A DNA stretch of 37,881 nt from Elusimicrobiota bacterium (GTDB lineage Bacteria; Elusimicrobiota; Elusimicrobia; F11). The notes under the pieces were generated by a model, which was not told where the DNA came from, ran no database searches, and saw only the letters and a program-made list of their open reading frames with translations. Positions 12,001-17,725 of this stretch are shown piece after piece (within the stretch, counting starts at the first letter, position 1; every line of letters begins with the position of its first letter). Both the position numbers and the translations under genes were made by a program. The stretch is taken from assembly GCA_046153645.1 (NCBI GenBank), contig JBJXGI010000017.1, positions 1-37,881 of the forward strand, read 5' to 3'.

Positions 12001-15000
12001 GATTTATTATGGGGTGGGTGAGCAAGTGATGGTAACTCGCTCTAGTGATGGGAATTCTCAGACAGTAACAACTTATAAACGTAATGCGGTGGGATTGGGG
12101 CTTTCTTCTGTTTCAGTGAATACCCGCATTAGCGGAGGCGGAGATTGGGTTTCTGTGGCAGTCACTTCAAGCGTTCGTGATTGGGGTGAACATTTCCGGA
12201 TTAACACAGTTGCCTTAACAGAGGTTCAGCCTCTGTGGGTTTTTGAAATGGTTAAGCCAGTTGCAGTTAATTTATCTCTAGTCAGAAACTATTCTTATAA
12301 CGGTGCGGGTGTTCTTGTTGGGGTGGATGTTACTGACGTCAAAGCGAGGGTTGCCTTTAATAACTCTAGTTATTTAAATGTCCATGATTTAGCCAAAGCC
12401 ATTCAAGGTCCTTTGGCCGCGCAAAACGGCATTCTTTATTTCAATACTTTGGTTCTCGATGAAAAAGGAATTGAGGTAGATTATAGAGAAGATTGGATTG
12501 TGGTTGATGGAGATGCGTATCGCACAAAAACAAGTCATGATTTTGGGTTTATGGGTTTCAAGAATAACGGAATTAATTTTACTGGTGATTATATCCGCGT
12601 TCATACCTCCAAACAGTTCACTTATTTTAATAATGCTTTCAGGCAGTTAACCCATGTTGAAAACACGAATTACAAAGAACATTTATCAACGAATCAAAAC
12701 TCATTCCAGATTGACCCGCGTTTCGTTGAAACAGGTGAAATTTATTCTTATTCCCATGCCAACCGTTTTGGAATGAAAATTGAAAATGGGGCTGAAACCA
12801 AAGCGGGCGATATCATTGACGAAGAAATTAATGAAGAAATTGTGAAAATCACTCGCGGAGTGGCTCCTCCAGGGGGCGTTCCACCGATGATTATTGATTG
12901 GAAATCACTTTGGACCACTGGAGGAGTATGGACCCAGCGAGCACCTGGAAGTCGTCTTAAAAGTTCCCTTGTTTCCAATGTAGGGGCCAGTGGTTTCATG
13001 TTCCATTGGGGGAACTTAGGTAATTTTGGATTCCCGATTAAAGGGAATATTAAAAATCATAAATTTACTATTGGTTATGGTAATCAATTTGGCGCAGGAG
13101 CTTTTTGGGATCCAACCTGGTTAAGGCCAGGTGGTTTCTTAAGTTCGAGAAGTGCCGCGTGGCAGCCTATTGCGGTAGCGACAGTCCCTGGTGATGGGTT
13201 AGACCCTACAGATGATGATTTTAGACACAACGGGCCTGGGGCTTTGAATCGAATTGATCCCGATAAAGGAGAAGGAGACAAAGCGGCCGAGGCGCCTAAA
13301 GGCAATCAAAAACCTGCTGAAGAAAAAGATAAAGCCAAAGACAAAGATGGAAACCAAGAAAAGAAAGGACCCGGAGTTGGAACGGAAGAAAAGAAAGACG
13401 CACAGGGGCGTCCTATCCCCGGTGATAAAAATCCTGGCAATAATAATGGTGCTGGCGCTGGTAGGGATGGTGCCAATGAGAAACCGAAGGATAATAGAAC
13501 GGCCGATCAAATTCGCCAAGACACAAAAAAAGTTGGAGATGCCACAGCCAAGCAGAAAGATCTCTTTAAAGATGAAAAAGGAAATATTCCTCAAAACGTT
13601 CGTCCTATTTATGATCCTAAGTCAGGTAAATTGATCGGATATCAGGCTGAATATGAAAAAGGAAAAACACGCATATTTGCTAATCAGCTTGTAGCCGGGA
13701 GAGTTGTTCCTGTGAGATTAAATGAAGCTCAATCCGCATTTATCGAACAAGGGCTTTCCGGTGTTAAAAATGGTAAAGGAGAGTTTGTCAATAATGAGCG
13801 ATTTATTTCGATTGAGTCATTCGCTCGTGCATTATCTCCAGCTCAATTAAAATCTTTGGTCGTGTTATCCGGCACTGCTGAAGGAAAAGCTGTAGGTGAA
13901 TCAATTGGAAATGGGCGAACTCATAAAACTTTTGAAGTTGATGGTCGTGGCCGATCTCCGGGAGCTGGTCTAGGAAAAGTAAATAACCGTACGACAAAAT
14001 CAGTAAAAACCGAATTGGTTCCATCTGCTCAGGGCGCTGCCGGAAATGGAGCAAATGCTCAGCAACAAGCGAAGAACGGAAATGGTGCGCCCAGACAACC
14101 TGGAGAAAAGAAAAATGAAAAACCAAAGAGTTTACAGCAGGCCACTCGCGACGCTATTCGAGAGCTGACTAAAAAAATTAATAACTTAAAAGAAGGTGAA
14201 CAGCTTTTAGATAAAGCAGGAAATCCGCAATTTTTCCAGGTAACTTTCATTCGTTACGACAAGAAAACAGGACAGTATTTGAAAGAAACAATCGTTGTTA
14301 GTGTTCATCGACTTGCAGACGGTCGGCATGTCATAAAAGGCGCTAACGCAGAAGAGCAAAAGAAGCTTGATACAGTTGATCGAGTTGCGGTGGGAAATTC
14401 TACCACAAAGCCTGATCCTAAACAGGGCCTCATTTTATATTCCAATCAAATTGCATCTATTCTCGTTTCAGGTGTTGTTCTTTATCAGGAAAAAGTTGAG
14501 AAGAAAGCCCCTGCTAACCCCAATAATCAGGCAGACAAACCCAATCAAGGTAAAAAATCTGAGCCTCAACAGGCTCAAGGGTTAAATGGGCAAGGTCAAT
14601 TAAATACTCCAGCTCAAAAATTATCAGAACCTTTCAAAGCAGTCCTCATGGAAAAAGGGCCTACTGGCAAGGTTAAGAAAAAAGAAGTTGAGTTGGTTAT
14701 GGCTATCATGAATGATGGAACAGTTACTCTAAAAGATAAAAAAACCGGAGAAATTGTTAAGTCTGGGACCAACATCTTATTGGTTGGAGGAGTCAATGGT
14801 CAAATTCAGATTAATAAAAAGGGAGAGCTCGTGGTCCCTTCTGCACTTCAGGCCATTGTTGGTGCGAAACTGACATCAATGCTTCAAGCCAAATATAACG
14901 GAGATAAATCTAAATTTGTTGGACTTCAAAAAACCTCGGCAGGAGCTGTGTTTAAAGTATTTCATGTGAAGTTAGATGTTGATCGAGGTTTAACTCTAAA

Positions 15001-17134
15001 AACTGTTGAGAACGGAAAAACTGGGGACGTGAGTCTTGAAAAAGGAGAAGTAAGTCTTTTTACTCCTGCTGGAGTTACCACTCTTCGAGTAGATTCAAAT
15101 ACGGAGAAAGGCACGGCGTTTAAATTAGCTTCACCTAAAACAGCTTCAAGTGCTTTTGTTATTGGTGCGCTTATTAATAGTTTAGAAACAGGTCCGGATG
15201 CTAAATCCTCAGATATGAAGGCATTGGTGGTCACCTCAGATGGAAAGTTAAGTGTTGCTACCATTAAAATTGAGGGGGGAAAAGTCTCTATAAAAGAAGA
15301 CCGAGGGCAAACAATGGGCCAAGTGACTGTTTATACGAGGACGGCCAGAATTGATGCCAATATGGTTCAAGGTAAAGTTTCAGAAGTTCAAAAGATTCGC
15401 GGTGGCGCAGGACTTGCGGGGGCCTCTCAAAATATAAATCAGTTCTTTGCAAAAATTGAACTATCAAAAGCTGTGAGCGTGTTAAAAGATTTACAAGGGA
15501 AATTGAATGCACTTCCAGCGGGGGCACTCCCAGCGAATGTGCTGGCTCTCAAAGGGGCGATTAATAATTTAATTTCTGGAAACAAAGTTATTGATAGACC
15601 GACTTTGCTTCATTTTGTGAATTTAGTTTTTGGCTCTAGTGTTGATGCGGCCGCAAATCTTCAAGATCGTATTGGTAGCTTTAATGCGTTTTTAAGTAGC
15701 GGTTTAGATGTTAAACCGTTATTCGACCTTTTAAAGAGTGGTCCTGACACAAGCAAATTTGATCGAGTAGAAGTCATTGCCCCTAATAACCCACTCATAA
15801 TTTATGAAATGCCTCAGAATCTCATGTTAAGCACCAATTTGCCTGGGCTTTTTGCGGCGCTCGGAGATGCAAATCTTTCTGTTCAACAATTACCAGGTCA
15901 ATATGTCGCTAAATTTGGTGCTGCCATGGCTCAAAATTTTAAAGAAGGTTTTTCTAAAGTAAAAAATGACCCCAGGCTTCAAAACGGTTATATGGCGATC
16001 ATAAATCAAGGTGGGGTTCCCCAAATTGCTGTCATTGCAATGGACCCAGCCAATCCAAAACAAAGCACCATTTGGACTCCGCTGAATGGGTTTACGAAAA
16101 GCATTGTTTATGAAGAACCCAGCAAGGCCAATCTCAGCAAATTGCCTATGCCAGGTATCAATAACGATTTTCGTCCCGGGGTGATTAATAGTGGAAAGTT
16201 TGATTTGCAAAAATCATTTGCCCCTGTGGTTAAATCAATTTGGAATGAGACTCAGTTATTCTCCGCTGCTGGACATGCCTTTGGAAATGATCTTCATCAT
16301 TCTCAGGTATCTCTGTCTGCCCAACAGCTGGTAGGTGGGTTGAACGGTTCAGGTATAACCGATCACCATGAGACAGCTGGTGTGATTTTGGTTTCTGAAA
16401 ATAAAGGCAAGTTACAATTCAACGGGACTCATGTTTTTAGAACAGTTCATTTTAGAAGTGAAACATCAATTTATCCAACGACAGCGCAGTTTGAAGTGGC
16501 TCAAACAATTAACGATATTTGGAATCAAAATGATGATGAAGAAAATGTGAGAGCTGAAATTCAACGCTTGCTTGAAGCGCGACCAGAAATGCAGGATATG
16601 TTTGTACTCTCTGCATCATTCAAAGATGACGAGGAAAAACTTCTAAACGTTCTCTTGGGTGCAGAAGCTTTCTCCACAGAAGCTGGAATTATGGTGTTAG
16701 ATAAGAGTTACCGCCATATTCAGGGCACGTTTGTTCCATTCCATACTCATTTGGGTCACCCCGAAAACTTTACGCAGTGGGCTCCGTATTCCCCGACTCC
16801 TGAGGATATAAGCGCGCATAAATCTCTTATGGTGAGCTATCGCAAAACTCACGGCATACACTTGAATTTGCCTGGCGTTATTTTCCATTCAGCAGGGCAA
16901 ATTTCAATGTTCTGGGTTTCACAAGATGGGAGTGGTAAAGTTCAACTTCAAGTATTTGATGGTGAAGGAAAGATATTTGATGTCATCACTTCTGAAAAAA
17001 CACTTGCTTATGCCTATTTAGGAGTTGACCCCGCTAGTGATCACGATCGTCCTCTTGAGCAAAAGCGCTCAGGGCTGGAAAACATCTATATTCATAAAGT
17101 CATTCTTTGGGATAATCGCCGCCGCTTGTTTTAG
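2..17134 (+). CDS. Giant repetitive beta-rich protein, 5'-truncated (at least 5710 aa visible); tandem repeats, YD/RHS-like region, C-terminal JAB/MPN-like motif
   Basis: The frame is open from position 2 (TQGYSSNADWEGSFDDPY...) to TAG at 17132-17134. The GTG at 119 in the ORF track is an internal Val inside a repeat. The repeats are conserved at protein level with many synonymous differences, which supports coding. Confidence 0.95.
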   Translation, partial: TQGYSSNADWEGSFDDPYASRVTGARNASWTITDNTASYVDTDPATMGRIVRSAAGVPKVYGGSWSDDGFQNVVRSDNFTINNTEAWVTSGQTVPYTTRNMSWSSNRQRSSFNAGVITGQNVVVLGANGNVIDFNVMDVWGEGSFNSPVARITGSWTKTDTSTYFDRSYNNFGRPTAIAPRSVSKALSYNGLALETVDDAYSASLTYTTSNDAIWAATAEQRTLMQVTFGYSSNANWGGSFDDPYASNMTGARNASWSVVNYKNSYVDNDPLRMGRLIRSEAGMPQVIGGSWSDDGFQTITRSDNTTFNNPLVWATMGQTTPLEVRSKSWSSDRSRVTWNAQAALGENIVVYNAAGNSLNFNVMNVWGDGTFEAPIAKITGSWNKSESTTYFDRSYNQYGRPTAQAPRTISKGLNFNGLALPHLDDGYSASYSYTSNNNLIWEKTGEQRTYQQVTFGYSSNENWGGNFDNPYTSTVTGARQTSWNVADYSHSYVTDNEAQIGRVIRSQAGTPKVFGGSWSDDGFQNVTHADTVTINNSIIWSTMGQAIPLESRALSWSSDRLRSTWDARLAVGNDVIIYDASGQAINMNVMNVWGRGTFENPIPRMTGSWNKSDATTYYELSYNQYGRPTAIAPRTLSKGLNYNGLSVPGLDDAYSGSFTYISNNDIIWQRTGEQRTFQQISFGYSSNANWDGDFDNPYTSTVTGARQTSWNVTDYSKSYVTANNNQIGQVIRTQAGVPKVYGGSWSDDGFQTITRADTFTTNSTLVWANMGQATPDQVRNMSWSSNRRRDTWDARAAVGSDVMARDKNGNIINFNVIDAWGEGSFDVPIPKSTGSWNKTDSFTYYDLSYNEFGRPTATAPRTVSDSLNYNGLSIPGLDDAYTASKTYISNNDFIWKITGEQRSLMQVSFSYSSNAAWQGSFDNPYTSTVTGAKQASWSVTDFSKSYITNDPEKVGQVNRTEAGVPKVYGGSWSDDGFQNVTRADTFTTNNTIVWMNVATTVPLEVRSLSWSSNRNRSTWDARQAVGQDVIAYDAQGNTLNFNVVNVFGEGSFDVPVPKTTGSWSKTDSSTYYDLSYNQFGRPTAVAPRFVSRSLGYNGLSLDTLDDGYTGSLTYGSNSDVIWSATGEQRSALQATFSYSSNAAWEGSFDNPYQSQTTGARSASWSVTDYTQSYVNNDPDHMGQIIRSEAGVPKTYGGSWNDDGFQNVVRAQTTTKNSTEIWSTVGQATPFETNVKSWSSNRSRGTWDALSEIGHDVIVYDALGQALNFNVMNVWGGGEFNNPIARNTGSWTKSDSTTYYDLSYNQFGRPTARAPRTIAKSLSYNGLAMPDLDDAYSASVTYTANNNPIWQLTGEQRALTQVTVGYSSNANWDGDFDNPYISSITGARSASWSIVDYSKSYVDSNASSMGQIIRTAEAAPTTYGGSWSDDGFQNVTRAETTTINNAAPWINAGLSIPLTSNSKSWTSNRNRGTWDAQAAVGHNVYAYDVYGNQIDFNVMSVWGEGTFDDPKKRVTGGWTKNDSTTYFEKSYNEFGRPMSDAPYSVSKSLTYNGLSLPNLDDGYFASVSYLTNNNQIWQGTGEQRSLLQVTYGYSSNAAWGGSFNDPYASQTTGARSTSWSIADYSKSFVNNDPATMGRVIRSEAGVPKVYGGSWSDDGFQNVTRADTFTKNNTEIWNTMGQAVNQEVRSLSWSSNRSRENWNASSVVGQPIIVYNEQGQQINMSNISVWGGGSFASPVPKTTGSWSKTDSTTYFDLSYDRFGRPTAISPRTISKSLSYNGLSIPIMDDAYTASLTYISNNDIIWAATGEQRTLMQVSFSYSSNAAWGGSFDNPYASALTGARSASWSVADYSRSYEMNNAESMGQIIRTVAGVPKNYGGSWSDDGLDNINRSDIFTTNNANAWINSGQVVPEETRVKSWTSNRNRGAWDAQSVVGSDVEVRDAQGQVLNFNQMTVWGEFSFDQPGYKKSGGWNKSDSTTYYKQSYNQYGRPTTRAPHTISKGLSYSGLPLETIDDAFSATLSYTTNSDVIWELTGEQRSDFQIVQGYSSNSNWGGSFDNPFASRQTGARSATWSVSDYSLSYEKSDPLKIGSLKAAQLPKVFSGSWSTDGKHSFNRTNNETTNNITVWGNTGALVPTEVVSRTFSSNAARVNWDIASLTGQNVFAFDPNGNQISFNNLNVWGGGEYSIPIAKPTGSWNSSESRTSFAGSYNSFGRPTALAPITITTGINFDGLAPAASGGGKSTSITIAKNNDVIWQATGEQRALNTKTTTNNETPGTGAYSESVSETDFSQSYEDSDPEKMGRVRRESTPTSKGTSFSFDGFLSYVGSESETKNNGVIWSNMAQVTPLEVLSRSWSSNLGKAGSFNSPIAQITGAWFKSESKTFYDLSYNQYGKNISAAPRTETRTLNYSGSLIDGYSASQSNLSMVDAIWEEYGEQRNKFQSTAGWSSDAGWNGSYNSPVVGELEVSTNWSQTDYAGSYSATGQLTGVLPQTQGGFWNYDLKLTYTAGTTETTHDDKLWNLTGNLYNGSVKTRSWSSDETSAGSLDSPLALKDGSLFRSQNTVNYAGSYSTVYGTFGRPTESAPTAEGWRWSDNGLGDGVMLVGISKAITKQSNRNDIWYNLGEIRTESSTDISWSSDRSLVSGQTGSSGSEYGAGSLSQPVIQEDGTSFRAFTKMTYENSFFASNGKANAAAAPLSEGWVLSHDGFRFTKTINKQTHNGTVFGNTSRVVALLNDNKSFSSDDRMISSDVSNPDWGGGTYWTPVLSKENRTFRRSSSVTNYAASYDGLGRNTTIAPIVANSISESGELWRKREFNSQTEMDGMVSNIKSSIDVLVDQFLASEENQLKANLLHETQHQILLDEVGTIKANLKSAIDNWALSHTAANTSYDDFYDFIVDWLSQFPSLEEWKNVSNFDIQHELYNVIQKDSEHGPNTKFIGSLTGLNSGNTTVDNNIAAALSSGGDFKSIVAGVTSATTEVSSNETFLKDLGEKIYHFSDKKNVKFDHTWRSMSLSKVKQENLGSVWKNLGKQVVSKMESKSTSISLDEVETSTVEETDYVYDTETGDVISASGSGTTITIDVYGNKQTQTFTKDYAQVALNQALLTEQITTSMTSNNADGSSVIMNGENSTQFSYNKYAQLTDQTSQSSVTNNDGFGNLSHSDSSTTFIIIQGIARADKTTSHSTSYSNDGSVTVADDSVLDYDYDNFGNLTKVTMTDGSTKTTDIYGNTQERKAVTNYRLFMGQARVYLISATTESNNTDGSKSTTQTETLNRWQSSGAMAKNIASTTRGTIISDDGYGNLTVGLRSEGKGIFQETKNYKGFAKQRVNVTKAKTSLFDGSWNESTSWSVSQYSANGVLLGGNGWRDGKGDDGNGNTEITYGTDQLEVIRGVLKIKTSNVRSLNSGLDGSFNHTVLDINYTNAQTGVVKLLDAQASGRRKSNDGWGNLTRGIILQKFDKVVIANAGRALAEEVTTRSTTYAMTGAVTESEQITFTRRDGTGKSLSQFSLANSRTDDSFGNLSFESNRQEFEFRQGLFKVTSVISEGGFSKRDLSEGLLTTITTYKYSSNFKLIGANGTTLSIGWDRWNNRNRSFTINTYGIFAGQAKIIRSDTRTQLSNIDGSWQDRGQTQLFGYTDNGRIYDSYSYYSFVGGDGFLTNTFGNGFSNYDIWFGQAYQTTGFNQQGSDSLRGGWSESQENVVYNYTYGLGQGNNPYLNLNSFNDVTPFAMPKFLTVSSQGIYNSQSFDNGILSIETNGVRNSYIIGNTNILKVTDETVLNYRTYNQTGWYPIDQTAGSKVATYTYDNGTAEFVSGYSLAQTNVFRSEKTSGVVNYFGTNKKETFFANMAGKRVVLLDVTTSKLTTTYNGVVKSVSNSSAITDFYYNAVGNSTYSIEDSNSTSTSEGVFSRSHSIKTSLNLFGVLDSISTVTTSTSIGKLQEYVTTSRSWVNRTWSIFGQTGATGGFSNSTTRVVFNNATGAMGGHIQGSTTSGSSGTNKYAIYYGVGEQVMVTRSSDGNSQTVTTYKRNAVGLGLSSVSVNTRISGGGDWVSVAVTSSVRDWGEHFRINTVALTEVQPLWVFEMVKPVAVNLSLVRNYSYNGAGVLVGVDVTDVKARVAFNNSSYLNVHDLAKAIQGPLAAQNGILYFNTLVLDEKGIEVDYREDWIVVDGDAYRTKTSHDFGFMGFKNNGINFTGDYIRVHTSKQFTYFNNAFRQLTHVENTNYKEHLSTNQNSFQIDPRFVETGEIYSYSHANRFGMKIENGAETKAGDIIDEEINEEIVKITRGVAPPGGVPPMIIDWKSLWTTGGVWTQRAPGSRLKSSLVSNVGASGFMFHWGNLGNFGFPIKGNIKNHKFTIGYGNQFGAGAFWDPTWLRPGGFLSSRSAAWQPIAVATVPGDGLDPTDDDFRHNGPGALNRIDPDKGEGDKAAEAPKGNQKPAEEKDKAKDKDGNQEKKGPGVGTEEKKDAQGRPIPGDKNPGNNNGAGAGRDGANEKPKDNRTADQIRQDTKKVGDATAKQKDLFKDEKGNIPQNVRPIYDPKSGKLIGYQAEYEKGKTRIFANQLVAGRVVPVRLNEAQSAFIEQGLSGVKNGKGEFVNNERFISIESFARALSPAQLKSLVVLSGTAEGKAVGESIGNGRTHKTFEVDGRGRSPGAGLGKVNNRTTKSVKTELVPSAQGAAGNGANAQQQAKNGNGAPRQPGEKKNEKPKSLQQATRDAIRELTKKINNLKEGEQLLDKAGNPQFFQVTFIRYDKKTGQYLKETIVVSVHRLADGRHVIKGANAEEQKKLDTVDRVAVGNSTTKPDPKQGLILYSNQIASILVSGVVLYQEKVEKKAPANPNNQADKPNQGKKSEPQQAQGLNGQGQLNTPAQKLSEPFKAVLMEKGPTGKVKKKEVELVMAIMNDGTVTLKDKKTGEIVKSGTNILLVGGVNGQIQINKKGELVVPSALQAIVGAKLTSMLQAKYNGDKSKFVGLQKTSAGAVFKVFHVKLDVDRGLTLKTVENGKTGDVSLEKGEVSLFTPAGVTTLRVDSNTEKGTAFKLASPKTASSAFVIGALINSLETGPDAKSSDMKALVVTSDGKLSVATIKIEGGKVSIKEDRGQTMGQVTVYTRTARIDANMVQGKVSEVQKIRGGAGLAGASQNINQFFAKIELSKAVSVLKDLQGKLNALPAGALPANVLALKGAINNLISGNKVIDRPTLLHFVNLVFGSSVDAAANLQDRIGSFNAFLSSGLDVKPLFDLLKSGPDTSKFDRVEVIAPNNPLIIYEMPQNLMLSTNLPGLFAALGDANLSVQQLPGQYVAKFGAAMAQNFKEGFSKVKNDPRLQNGYMAIINQGGVPQIAVIAMDPANPKQSTIWTPLNGFTKSIVYEEPSKANLSKLPMPGINNDFRPGVINSGKFDLQKSFAPVVKSIWNETQLFSAAGHAFGNDLHHSQVSLSAQQLVGGLNGSGITDHHETAGVILVSENKGKLQFNGTHVFRTVHFRSETSIYPTTAQFEVAQTINDIWNQNDDEENVRAEIQRLLEARPEMQDMFVLSASFKDDEEKLLNVLLGAEAFSTEAGIMVLDKSYRHIQGTFVPFHTHLGHPENFTQWAPYSPTPEDISAHKSLMVSYRKTHGIHLNLPGVIFHSAGQISMFWVSQDGSGKVQLQVFDGEGKIFDVITSEKTLAYAYLGVDPASDHDRPLEQKRSGLENIYIHKVILWDNRRRLF
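11..6139 (+). repeat. Nine intragenic tandem repeats of exactly 681 bp (227 aa)
   Basis: The Tyr codon of the YSSN motif starts at 11, 692, 1373, 2054, 2735, 3416, 4097, 4778, 5459 and 6140, all 681 bp apart. Shared motifs include GGSWSDDGFQ, SWSS[ND]R, [YF]GRPT and [TA]GEQR. Confidence 0.97.
6140..9130 (+). repeat. Degenerate, shortened continuation of the 227-aa repeat
   Basis: xGEQR-like anchors at 6101, 6776, 7304 and 7871 are spaced 225, 176 and 189 aa apart. The last trace is VWKNLGKQ near 9080. Confidence 0.8.
9176..11113 (+). repeat. Nine cryptic 69-75-aa beta-rich repeats (YD/RHS-like)
   Basis: DxxGN-like anchors at 9242, 9461, 9674, 9890, 10115, 10328, 10547, 10754 and 10961. Most are followed by GQA[RK]-like, DGS and YxY[DN]xxG-like turns. 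Confidence 0.75.
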
Positions 17135-17136
17135 GT

Positions 17137-17152
17137 GTATCACTTATGATAC
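17137..17152. promoter_or_regulatory. Inverted repeat GTATCA-N4-TGATAC, probable TA autoregulatory operator overlapping a -10-like TATGAT
   Basis: Perfect 6-bp inverted repeat 27 bp upstream of the antitoxin ATG. TATGAT lies at 17145-17150 and an SD-like GAGGGGG precedes 17180. Confidence 0.65.
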
Positions 17153-17179
17153 CCTTAATGAAAAAGAGGGGGATTAAAA

Positions 17180-17431
17180 ATGCCTACAAAAAATCCACGA
17201 ATAAATGTTGTTTTGGAAGAGTCTATCTATAAGGCCATCGCCAAGCTTGCGAAGCAAGATCATGTTTCTCTCTCTCTTAAAACCAGAGACTTAATTAGAG
17301 AAGCTTTAGAGATTTATGAAGATCATGTTTTAGTACAAATAGCTGAAGGACGAGAAAAAACCTTTCACCGGTCTAAGGCATTAACACATAGTCAGGTATG
17401 GGGTTCCTCCAAAAGGAAAAAGGCGGCGTGA
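17180..17431 (+). CDS. Ribbon-helix-helix antitoxin (RelB/CopG-like)
   Basis: 83 aa with an N-terminal RINVVLE strand and SLSLKTRDLIREAL helix pattern, followed by an acidic YED segment. It is coupled to a RelE-like gene. Confidence 0.85.
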   Translation: MPTKNPRINVVLEESIYKAIAKLAKQDHVSLSLKTRDLIREALEIYEDHVLVQIAEGREKTFHRSKALTHSQVWGSSKRKKAA

Positions 17432-17721
17432 CATTTCAGGTTCTTTATCACCCCCATATATCGCGAGACATCAAGCGTATCAGCCATGAGATGCATTCTC
17501 GCATTGAAACCATGCTTTCAACAAAATTATTGATCGCACCCGAAATTTATGGCAAACCATTGTCAGGCAGTTTGGGTGGGTATTGGAAATTAAGAGTCGG
17601 AAATTACCGTATTGTTTTTAAAATCGTTAAAAATGAAATCTGGATTTTAGCTATTGTTCATCGTAAAAGTGTGTATGGTGATGTCATCAAACGGTTATTA
17701 TGGAGCCCCATTCACTCGTAA
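17428..17721 (+). CDS. RelE/ParE-family type II toxin (mRNA interferase-like)
   Basis: 97 aa from GTG at 17428, overlapping the antitoxin stop (GTGA). Motifs YGKPLSGSLGGYWKLRVGNYRIVF and IVHRKSVY. Confidence 0.9.
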   Translation: MTFQVLYHPHISRDIKRISHEMHSRIETMLSTKLLIAPEIYGKPLSGSLGGYWKLRVGNYRIVFKIVKNEIWILAIVHRKSVYGDVIKRLLWSPIHS

Positions 17722-17725
17722 TAAA

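Noticed and set aside
72..16888. Many 60-130-aa ORFs overlapping the giant gene on both strands
   Set aside because: These are shadow ORFs with no recognisable motifs. The recurring ones simply mirror the repeat.
17398..17427. Longer ATG start for the RelE-like toxin
   Set aside because: GTG at 17428 overlaps the antitoxin stop (GTGA) and gives a typical RelE N-terminus and length.
17180..17721. Small ORFs as immunity proteins for the giant protein
   Set aside because: Their sequences fit an ordinary RHH antitoxin and RelE toxin.
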